Positions 1-9,000 of a stretch of 14,465 nucleotides of DNA are shown here, piece after piece (the stretch's first letter is position 1; the number at the start of each line of letters is the position of its first letter). A program made the translations under genes and the position numbers. The DNA is from Anaerolineae bacterium (lineage in GTDB: Bacteria > Chloroflexota > Anaerolineae > B4-G1). The notes below the pieces were generated by a model. It saw only the letters and a program-made list of their open reading frames with translations. It was not told where the DNA came from and ran no database searches. The stretch lies in contig DAOTUB010000062.1 of the NCBI GenBank assembly GCA_034437455.1, forward strand, positions 1 to 14,465. Direction: 5' to 3'.

Positions 1-453
1 CATGTGTTATACCCGGCGTGGGCATACTTTGTGACGCTCTTGAGCAGCCCAAATGCCTACCATCGCGCTGCCGCCGTCCGTCTCATCGCAGACTTGACCC
101 GGATCGACGATGCGCAACAATTTGAGACGATCTTTGAACGCTACTTTGACTTGCTGGATGACGAGAAAGTGATGGTCGCCCGTTACCTCGCGCAGAACGC
201 CTGGAAGATCGCAGAGGCCAAGCCATATCTGCGAGAAAAGATCACAGCACGCTTGTTGGACATAGACGCCACCCATCATCCACCGAGCCGTAAAGCCCTG
301 GTCAAGGCCGACGCCATTGCGTCCTTTAAAGTGTTCTTTCAAGAATCCAAACGCAAAGAGGGCATACGCGCCTTTGTCGAAGCGCAATTGGAGAGTGAAA
401 GCCCCAAGGCCCGCCAGGCAGCCAGTGCCTTTTTGAGACGCTACGGGCAATAA
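1..453 (+). CDS. 3' end of a gene that starts upstream of the window; hypothetical protein C-terminal fragment (about 150 aa visible). Mostly helical-looking, no recognisable catalytic motif.
   Basis: Frame 1 is open from nt 1 to TAA at 451-453. The translation looks protein-like (balanced composition), whereas the overlapping minus-strand ORF 7-552 is Gly/Cys/Leu-rich junk. No start codon context is visible because the gene begins upstream. Confidence 0.5.
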   Translation, partial: HVLYPAWAYFVTLLSSPNAYHRAAAVRLIADLTRIDDAQQFETIFERYFDLLDDEKVMVARYLAQNAWKIAEAKPYLREKITARLLDIDATHHPPSRKALVKADAIASFKVFFQESKRKEGIRAFVEAQLESESPKARQAASAFLRRYGQ

Positions 454-513
454 GCACACCTGAAAAAGGGATCCGCCAGAGCCATACTGCGGGGGGAGAG
501 CCTGGCACACACT

Positions 514-537
514 CACATGGGTGCTAGCCCCCATGTG
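514..537. repeat. Perfect 8-bp inverted repeat CACATGGG-N8-CCCATGTG; the loop itself contains a GCTAGC palindrome.
   Basis: Read directly: 514-521 CACATGGG, loop 522-529 tgctagcc, 530-537 CCCATGTG (exact reverse complement). Lies in the 237-bp leader between the upstream gene's stop and the S1-kinase gene. Confidence 0.6.
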
Positions 538-551
538 CCGCCCCAGGCACA

Positions 552-578
552 ATCACGGTTCCGCAAGAGAACCGTGAT
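552..578 (+). terminator. Perfect 10-bp stem / 7-nt loop hairpin ATCACGGTTC-cgcaaga-GAACCGTGAT. Possibly a terminator for the upstream gene, or a cis-regulatory structure in the leader.
   Basis: Exact reverse-complement arms at 552-561 and 569-578. A TTTT run follows only after about 14 nt (gattttgat, 591-600), so the classic intrinsic-terminator geometry is imperfect. Confidence 0.3.
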
Positions 579-690
579 GGATCCATGATGTGATTTTGAT
601 GTCATATAGAGATAATGTTAACCCCAAACGGGGGTGCTATGATATACGTGCGTCTTTTATAATTTCCCGCCGCATTTTTGCCTTGCCGAT

Positions 691-3018
691 TTGAAAATGA
701 CCTTACACGAGATCTCTATTGAGCAATCACATAGCCATTACACTATCCGGCAAACGGTTTTAGCCTGCGTGGAGCAAGTTTTCCCTTTTGGGGCTTTTGT
801 TCGCTTGCCAGATGGCACCCAGGGCTATGTACGCAAGCGCGAGCTGACCCTGGCCGGCAACCAAGACCCCCGCGAGGTCGTCTCTCCCGGACAAGAAATC
901 AAAGCTGTGGTAGTCGCCTTGCCCCAGGCTGAACAAAGCCTCGAGTTGAGCGTGCGTCAGGCCGAACCCGATCCCTGGGAAACATTCGGACAGTCCCAAG
1001 TCCGTGACACTGTCACAGCCACGGTCAAAAAGCTCTACAACAGAGGCGCCCTCGTCCAAGTCACTCCCGGCGTAGACGGGTTCATCCCATTGGCCGAGTT
1101 GGCACCCTGGCCGGTGGAAAAGCCGGATGACTTGCTCTGGGTCGGTGACCGGGTAGAAGCGATGATTACTCATCTTGACCGGCAGGCCAGGCGGATGTGG
1201 CTCAGCATCCGGCAACAAGTAAAGCACACAGCACGCGTAAGAGAGGTGCTGTCGTTTCTCAGCAAAAAGGAAGATCCGGAAGAGACTTTACCCCAGGAGG
1301 AACCCGTCACCCTTGAGAAAGACCAAGGCATAGACCCAGCCATCGCCCAGCAAGTGGGACGCATTTTGGTAGTGGATGACCATGACAAAGTACGGGAACC
1401 GCTGGCGGCATGGCTGCATCGGATGGGCTTTGCGACGGAACAAGCTAAATCCCCCCACCAGGCGCTCGACTGCTGCCTTGAAAACGCTTACGGGCTGGCA
1501 TTGATTGACCTGAACCTTTCAGGCCAAGACGGACTGGAACTTGTTCAGGCCTTGAAAGACTTGAACCCGGATATCCCAATAGCCATCATGAGCACTCCCG
1601 AATGGATTGCCCAACGGTTGGAAGCGCTGTCCACACTGCGTCCGGTTCATATATTCGCCAAGCCACTAGACCTGGACGAGATCCGCGAGCTGTTGGTCCA
1701 ATTGGCTCGCGGTGAAATATTCCCTCCCACCGCTTTCACTAAGCCAGAGGTCCAAAAATCACCTGCGGCCTCCTCACACATGGCTAAAATGATGCGCAGC
1801 GACCTATCGTTAGCAAAACGTTTCCAAGCTGGCCTACAGGAACTAGTCCAGCAAGGCCAGGCAGATCAGGGCATCCTTTTTCAGCTCGCTCCCGACTCGC
1901 AGCAAATTTCTATCGTCGCGCAGGCCGGGAACATGGCATTAAACCAGGCGGCTATGTACAACCTGCGCCAAAGCCCGGTCAAAGACGTGATCTATGAGCA
2001 AGATGAGGTATTTGAGACAGACGTCTCGCGTCACGCTCAAGGTCAATTCAGCAAGCTATTAGCGCTGCTGCCCTTTGAATCCTGCCTGGGCGTCCCCATC
2101 CCGGCCGCCGGTCAGGTACAACATGCCCTGTTTCTGTTTCATCGTGAGCCAGAGATCTTTTCCCGCTATCGCTTGCGAGATGCACGCGCCATGGCCGTGC
2201 TGTTTAGCGCAGCGCTAGAAAGTCAAGCATTGGAAAAACGTATCCAGTCTGTCAGTCCATTTTTGCTGAGCGGGCAACTAGCGGCCGGCTTTGGCCACGA
2301 AGTATATAACAAGATGTCCGGGTTAGAGCTACAGATTTGCAACCTACAATCCGACTGCCAAACTGTGCAGCGAGATTTGACAGGGTGCCAACCGGTAGAC
2401 GACGGCGCCCTCGACGCACTGCTCAAAGCCACGGGCCGGTTGTTAGAATCCGCACTAGACCTCAAAGGCACCTTGCAACTTTTTCGCGAACTCGTTCAGG
2501 CTGAGCAGCAAGACCAAGTGGACGTGAACGCAGTGACACAACGCGCCATTCAACTGCTGCGTACCACCGCAGGCCAGCACCAGGTCATCATAGAAGAAAA
2601 ACTGGTTCCAGACTTGCCCCCGGTCAGAGGCAGTGCCGTCCGCCTGCAACAGGTTTTCGTCAACCTGATGCTAAACGCGATCCAACAAACCGCCCTAAAA
2701 ATGGTAAAATGGCCCGAAGGCCAGGGGGTACTGAGCATCGCGACGACTTGGGAGCCAGCGGCCGAGTGTCCCGTGCAAGTGCGGTTTATGGATAACGGGC
2801 CCGGGATACACCGCCACTTGTGGGACAAGATTTTTACCCTGGGCTTTTCGACCCGACAGGGCGGAACAGGCCTGGGTTTGTTCATCGCCAAGAGCCTGAT
2901 CGAGTCCTTGGGCGGCAAGGTCTGCGTAGAACAAAGCATGATCCCTGAGGGGAGCATTTTTCGGGTGGAACTGCCAGCGGCCAAGCATTGTCAACGAGGA
3001 GCGAGCAGCGATGCATGA
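691..3018 (+). CDS. Hybrid sensor histidine kinase with tandem N-terminal S1 RNA-binding domains: S1, S1, REC, GAF, HisKA, HATPase_c (775 aa). The ORF track starts at TTG 691; an in-frame ATG at 697 is an alternative start.
   Basis: Coordinates are aa (nt) throughout.
- S1 folds, two copies: residues about 15-92 (FGAFVRLPDGTQGYVRKRELT ... SLELSVRQ) and about 101-176 (GALVQVTPGVDGFIPLAELA ... MWLSIRQ).
- REC, aa 224-340 (nt 1360-1710): RILVVDDHD, LALIDLNLSG, IMST, FAKP.
- GAF, aa about 365-515 (nt 1783-2235).
- HisKA H-box: LAAGFGHEVYNKMSGL (His536, nt 2296-2298).
- HATPase: N box VFVNLMLNAIQQT, G1 DNGPGI, G2 GGTGLGLFIAKSL.
- A TATAAT hexamer lies at 658-663 upstream.
- No strong Shine-Dalgarno sequence before 691/697. 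Confidence 0.85.
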   Translation: MKMTLHEISIEQSHSHYTIRQTVLACVEQVFPFGAFVRLPDGTQGYVRKRELTLAGNQDPREVVSPGQEIKAVVVALPQAEQSLELSVRQAEPDPWETFGQSQVRDTVTATVKKLYNRGALVQVTPGVDGFIPLAELAPWPVEKPDDLLWVGDRVEAMITHLDRQARRMWLSIRQQVKHTARVREVLSFLSKKEDPEETLPQEEPVTLEKDQGIDPAIAQQVGRILVVDDHDKVREPLAAWLHRMGFATEQAKSPHQALDCCLENAYGLALIDLNLSGQDGLELVQALKDLNPDIPIAIMSTPEWIAQRLEALSTLRPVHIFAKPLDLDEIRELLVQLARGEIFPPTAFTKPEVQKSPAASSHMAKMMRSDLSLAKRFQAGLQELVQQGQADQGILFQLAPDSQQISIVAQAGNMALNQAAMYNLRQSPVKDVIYEQDEVFETDVSRHAQGQFSKLLALLPFESCLGVPIPAAGQVQHALFLFHREPEIFSRYRLRDARAMAVLFSAALESQALEKRIQSVSPFLLSGQLAAGFGHEVYNKMSGLELQICNLQSDCQTVQRDLTGCQPVDDGALDALLKATGRLLESALDLKGTLQLFRELVQAEQQDQVDVNAVTQRAIQLLRTTAGQHQVIIEEKLVPDLPPVRGSAVRLQQVFVNLMLNAIQQTALKMVKWPEGQGVLSIATTWEPAAECPVQVRFMDNGPGIHRHLWDKIFTLGFSTRQGGTGLGLFIAKSLIESLGGKVCVEQSMIPEGSIFRVELPAAKHCQRGASSDA
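733..1218 (+). other. Tandem S1 (OB-fold) RNA-binding domain region of the 691-3018 kinase.
   Basis: Two roughly 75-aa repeats matching the S1 pattern G-x-V-x-G-x-V ... GAFV ... G-x-V-(H/R) ... S-E-L ... G-x-x-(I/V)-x-(V/A)-x-V-(L/I) ... (L/I)-S-(V/I)-R-Q. Seen in translation only; no HMM was run. Confidence 0.7.
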
Positions 3019-6000
3019 AGAACCGCTAAGGGTAGTACTGATAGACGACGAGCAAAGCCTGCGCGAGCCGTTAGCCAAGCGCCTACGAGACAAGTACAAC
3101 TATCACGTCGATGCTGCCGCCGATGCCCGTCAAGCCTGGCAGTTGATTACCGAGGCCAGTTCACCTTACGATGTGGCTCTAATCGACGATATGTTGACAC
3201 CTCAGGCCCAAGTTGAACCCCAACTGATTGGCATCGACCTTACACGCCGGATCAGAGAAGACCATCCCGAGACAGAATGCATCCTCTTCACCGGGTGGGG
3301 TATGGAGCGGGCGCTAGAGGGACTACGCGCCGGCGCGTACCGCTACCTGTCCAAGCCGATCAACATGGAAGAACTAGGCATGACCATCCGTATGGCAGCG
3401 GAGCATCGCCGGCTCAAACAGCAACTGGAAACCACCCGCCAGGAGAAAAAATGGCTACAGACGTTCCTGGAAATCGGTCGGGCAACGACTTCTGTCCTGG
3501 AATTGGATGAGGTTTTGGAACATGTCCATGCACAAATCAGTCTCCTTATGGATGCTTCTTGTATGGACGTCGTCCTATATGACAGTGCCAATCAAACGCT
3601 CAAGTTCGAGTTGGGCTATGACAAAGGGGTCAAGGAGACGAGATGGGAGCGCCCATTCACCGCAGACCATGGATTGACCGATTTGGTGATTCAACATCGT
3701 CACCCGCTGCTGATCAGAGATTATAAAAAAGAAACCCCTCCCGTTCTCGCCTATCAGCGTGGCGAAATGAGCCGTTCGTGGCTGGGCGTCCCCCTGATCG
3801 CGCGCGACCAGGTCATCGGGGCCATCACGGTGCAAAGCTATACACCGCACAAATTCGACGAGACGGATCAGCAAATCCTGGATACGGTGGCCAACCACAT
3901 AGCCAGCGCCATCCAAAACGCTCAATTATTCTCTGAACTGGTCAAGACCCAAAAGTGGCGCGAAGCGCTCATCAACAACACCCTAGATGCGGTGATCGCT
4001 ATTGACCAGGGCAAACGAGTGACGGTCTTTAACCAGCGCGCTGAACAGATGTTTGGCTGGCATGCGCGAGAAATCATAGGGCAGCCGGTCACCCAATTAC
4101 ATATGAGTACGGGAAAGGCCAAAGAGATCTTTGACACGGTAAACCATGAAGGAGAGATCTCGAGTCTGGAAGTAGAACTAAGACATCGGGACGGTACCGC
4201 TATCCCGGCGCGGCTTTCAGCAACGCGGATCAAAGACAGCAACGGTCATCCCATCGGGCAAGCGCGGTTTATGCGTGATTTACGCCAGGTCAACCTGTTG
4301 GAAGAACGGCTGCGGGCTTTGATCCGAGGAAATCGGGTCATTAACAGCAGTCTGGAATTAGAGCAAGTACTCAACCAGGTCATCCAAGCTGCACTAGAAG
4401 CTTTCCCGATGGCACAAGGGGGTGTTATTCACCTGTATGATAAACACAGCAGTGTATTGCGCCTCCAAGCAAATACTTTCAGTTACAGCCCTTCAGCCAT
4501 CGAGGCGTTGCACATGAAGCCCGGTGAAGGCATTGCCGGTTGGGTCTATATGCGCGGACAGCCCGTGGTGATCCCAGATGCACACCAGGATGAGCGTTAC
4601 AAGCTGATCGCCCATCCGGAAATCGCTCCCCACAAACCTATGGTGTGCGTACCCCTCAAAGTGAGAGATCAAGTACTTGGAACACTATCGCTCAACACAG
4701 TAGAGACCGGCAACACCTTTCAAGCCGAGGACCTGGGATTACTTTCCACATTTGCCGATCAGGCGGCTGTCGCCATCAACAACGCCCGCTTTTTTAGGGA
4801 ACAGGACCGCCGCCAGCAACTCTTGACCAGGCTGAACGAAGCGTCACGGCACATCCGTGCGGAAAAACCAATCCCCAAGCTCTTGCACGAAATCGTTCGC
4901 CAGGCGGTCCGGTTGGTCGACTGTTCGGCAGGCGCGCTGTTCCTCAACCGCCCCCACGTCAAGGAACTAGAATTACAAGTGACCTATGAACTACCCACCG
5001 AATTGGTTGGCAGTCATCTATCGCACACCGAAGGCTTGGTCGGTTTAGTTGCACGAACTGGCAAGTCCAAATTCATACGCAATTACTCAACATGGTCAAG
5101 ACCCACAGTGCTCTTTGAACCCTATAACTTTGAAAGCGTCGCTGGAATCCCTCTCAAACAAGCCGGCGAGGTACAAGCGGTCTTGCTCGTCGCTGACCAG
5201 ACCGGCACTCCGGCGCATCTGCAGCCGTCCGACCTGGAGATACTGGAGCGCCTGGCGGCACAGGCCGCTATCGAACTCGAGACCTCTCTATTGATGAGCC
5301 GAGAACAACGCGTGGCCAGTCAATTAGGTATCCTGCACCAAATCAGCGATTACATACAAGCAGCCAGAGACCTGGACAAAGTGTTGCACGTCGTCCTGAC
5401 GGGCGTGACGGCGGGTTATGGTCTGGGCTTTAATCGTGCGGCGCTGTTGCTGCTAGATGAGCGCCAGGAACACCTGGTGGGACGCATGGGCATCGGCCAA
5501 CTGGAGGAACCAGCAGCGCAACAAGACTGGGAGCAACACCACAAGCACAAATTAGAGGATTTTCAAAGATACCTCGAACTGTTGGAAAAGGACGCCCTGC
5601 CGTTGACGCCGGTGGGAGAGAAAATCCGCGACATCAGGCTGCCCCTCACGCCTCACGTCTGTGGCATCCTCATGCGGGTGATGCGCCAGCAACAGCACCT
5701 ACTCCTGACTCTAGAGGAATTAAACGAACTACCAGGCAGCTTTGTCAAGGTTTTCGACCCGGCACAGCCAATCATCGTTGCGCCCCTGCTGGCGCGCGGA
5801 GCGGTCATCGGACTGCTCATCGCCGATAACAAGTTCACTGCGTCGCCCATCACGCCGGAGGACACAGAGGCACTGCTGACCTTTGCCAACACGGCCGCGA
5901 TCGCCATCAGCAACGCACAACTTTACCACGAAACTCGGGTCGCACGAGAGCGGTTGCGCAGCTTTTACGAGGCCAGCAACGCCCTGGTCTCGTCCCAGGA

Positions 6001-9000
6001 TCCCGAACAAGTGCTCCGAAAAATCGTCGAACAAGCTCACCAGACGGCCAGCTCGGCCTGGACCGGCCTGATCTTGATCGACAAGGCTGGACAGGCACAA
6101 AAACTGGTCACGATGGGAATAGACGAGTACGGCGGATTTACCGTTCGGCCCGACGGGATCTCGATGCAGGCTATGTGCAGCGACCAAGCCCAAATCATCG
6201 AGGATGTCCGGGCAGAACGCGACCGCGTCAACCCAGGTTTGCTGCGCGACGGCATTGGCGCCGCTTTGTGTTTGCCCCTCTCCCTGCAAGAAAACCACTT
6301 TGGTGTGATGTGGCTGCACTATGCCATGCCGCGCCATTTCCCCATCAGTGAGGTTGAAGCCTTGCAGCTCTACGTCAATCAGGCGGCCATCGCTTACGAT
6401 GCTGCCCGACGTATGCAGCAGCTAGAAAACATGCGACGAGCGGCCGAGGCACTGGCTGGCGCTTCTAGCATAGCGGCAGTGCTCAAGCAAATAGCCGAAA
6501 GCGCCAGGATTGTCCTGAATGCCGACTCGTCCGTCGTCTGGCCGTACGATCACGAGAGACGCACCTTTTTGCCCGCCGAGCTAGAGACGGCCGGCATTTC
6601 ACCCGAGCTAGTCGAACAATTTCGAGATGTCGAACCTCAACCAGAAGGTACAACGGAAACAGTTTTGCATTTAGGGTGGATTGGCGTCTCGGACGTCGAC
6701 CAGGAGGTGCACCCCTTCCTGGGTCCCCCTGACAGAGGCTTGCGTGGGGCGATCACCGTCCAATCCTTCCAAGGGATCGCTTTACGGGCGGGCGACGAAA
6801 TTCTGGGCGTGCTGTACGCAGACTATGAAAGGCCGCGTAGCTTTAATAAAGCGGACCGCCGGCTGGCTGAAACCTTTGCCACTCACGCTTCCCTGGCCCT
6901 CAAGAAAGCCAGACTGCTGGACCAAATCAGCCAAGTGAGAGACACAGCCAAAGCCGTGGCCGAAGTCAGCATCCTGGAGAAACTAGCAAGTACGCTAGAC
7001 TCGATTACGCGGGGGACTTGCAAAACGCTCAACTGCGATGCCGTCACCCTCTACACTTTTGATCAGCGCAAAGACCAAATCGGGTTTCCCCCAACGGTGA
7101 TAGGGATACGAGACACGAAACAAGTCCTCGAGTTAGGCTTTGTGGCAAGGAACTCGGTTGTCGGCAAAATACTAGACTTGGGTCAAGTGCATGTGGCCGA
7201 AGACGCTCCTTCCGATCCCATCATGGGCGGGGTGTTTGTCAAACGTGAGGGTATCAAATCATCGCTCGGCGTCCCACTCCAGGTCGGCGACCAAAAAGTA
7301 GGGGTGATGTTTGTGAACTATCGCACCCCGCACCGTTTTACCGGTGAAGAACTGACCAACATCAAGCTCTTTGCGACCCAGGCTGCCATCGCCATCCGCA
7401 ACGCTCGGCTCATAGACGATATTTTCCACCGCAACATTCAGCTCCAGACCGTCACCGAGGTCTCCAAGTCAACCAGCACCCTTCTCGCCCCCGAAGCATT
7501 GATGCACCAGGCAGTCAACCTGATTCGAGAGCGCTTTGAACTCTACTATGTGGGTCTATTTTTAACCGATGAAAGCAGCAAGCATGCAGTATTGCGAGCC
7601 GGCACCGGTGACGCGGGTCAAAGAATGCTCACAGATGGCTACAAGCTAGAGATCGATGATCACTCGATGATTGGATGGAGCATCAACAACGCCCAACCAC
7701 GTATCGCGCTCGACATCGACAAAGAAAAAATCCGCTTCAACAACCCTCACCTGCCCGAGACTCACTCCGAGCTGGCGCTGCCGCTGATCAGCCGTGGTCG
7801 CTGCATCGGTGCCCTGACGGTGCAAAGCACCAGGCCAGATGCCTTTTCCTCTGAAGACGTCGCCGTGCTGCAAACGATGGCCGATCAATTGGCCATCGCC
7901 ATCGAGAACGCTCAGCTATATCGAGAAGAAACAGAACAGCTCCAGGAATCCCAGGCCCTGCAAAAAATAGCGATCTCTCTCGCCGGTAGCCTTGAGCTTG
8001 GTGAAGTGTTGAACCACGTGATGCAGGCAGCGATGGGCTTTACCGAAACAGATTCTGGCACCATCTTGTTGTGGAACGCAGAACAAGAAAATTTCACCTA
8101 CACACTCACCACAACGGGGCCAGAACGAACCCTACAGGTATATACCAGCCAAACCCGCGAGGAAGGCATAGCCCGGTCAATCATTGAGGAGCAAAAGACG
8201 GTCATCATTTCCAACGCCCAGGATGACCCCCGGATCAATCCCATTGCGATTGAAAAAGGCCGACGAGCGCTCATCGGCACTCCACTGGTGAGCCGCGAAG
8301 AAGTAATCGGCGTACTCTATGTAAGCAGCTTGGAACCCCGCCAGTTCCTTGCACAACAAGTGAGCTTGTTAAAAAGCCTGGCTAGCCAGGCTGCAGTGGC
8401 CATTGAAAGAGCGCGACAACACAAAGAGTTAAAAGAAACCAAAAGCGTCATCGGTGCCAGGACAGCACTGGCATGGATGGGGATGACCAGTAGCGCCTGG
8501 CGTCACACCATCGAAAAGCATTCCCTGACCATACGGGAGCAAGCACAACTCCTGCGCCAAGACTGGGAAAAAGTGATGCCGCATTCTCAAAAGCTCAAAG
8601 CCCAGGACCGCATCGCGATGATTGAGCGATTGACGACGCAAATCCTGCAAAAACCGATCACACCACCCCTTTCCAGCGAATCCGGTGTTCAGTTGGTATC
8701 GCTGACCACGCTGGTCAGCGAGCGTGCTAGACAATTATGGCAAAATGACCCCTACAAAAAGACCAAGCTCCAACTGGACTTGCAACTACCGGAGGAAGCG
8801 GCGGTCCGCACTAGCCCTGAATGGTTGCGACGGGCTTTTGATATCTTGGTGGACAATGCGGTGAATGCCGTTACAGACTGTCCTGTGCGCGAGATTACTA
8901 TCGGCACCAAAGCTTACAGCTCGGGAGTCAAGGTTTTCGTGTCGGACACTGGACCGGGCATCCCAGACGAGATGCAAGACAAAATCGGCCTTGAGGCGAT

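Noticed and set aside
7-552. Minus-strand ORF of 181 aa overlapping the first plus-strand gene fragment and the leader.
   Set aside because: The translation is Gly/Cys/Leu-rich with no protein-like pattern and runs through the hairpin region. The plus-strand frame looks like real protein, so this is most likely an antisense shadow ORF.
5729-6337. Minus-strand ORFs embedded antisense in the giant kinase gene (202 aa here; also 2550-2984, 2695-3099, 3575-3925, 3922-4242, 8429-8734, 12617-13159 and others).
   Set aside because: These are typical spurious antisense frames in GC-rich coding DNA, with Arg/Gly/Cys/Ser-rich low-complexity translations. The plus-strand frames carry clear conserved domain motifs throughout.
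4765-7915. Recurring DNA motif GCCATCGCCATC-N3-AACGC(T/A)C at about 4765, 5898, 7381 and 7891 inside the giant kinase gene.
   Set aside because: It simply encodes the conserved AIAIxNA(R/Q)L helix closing each GAF domain. This is protein-level repeat conservation, not an independent DNA element, a CRISPR array or a REP element.
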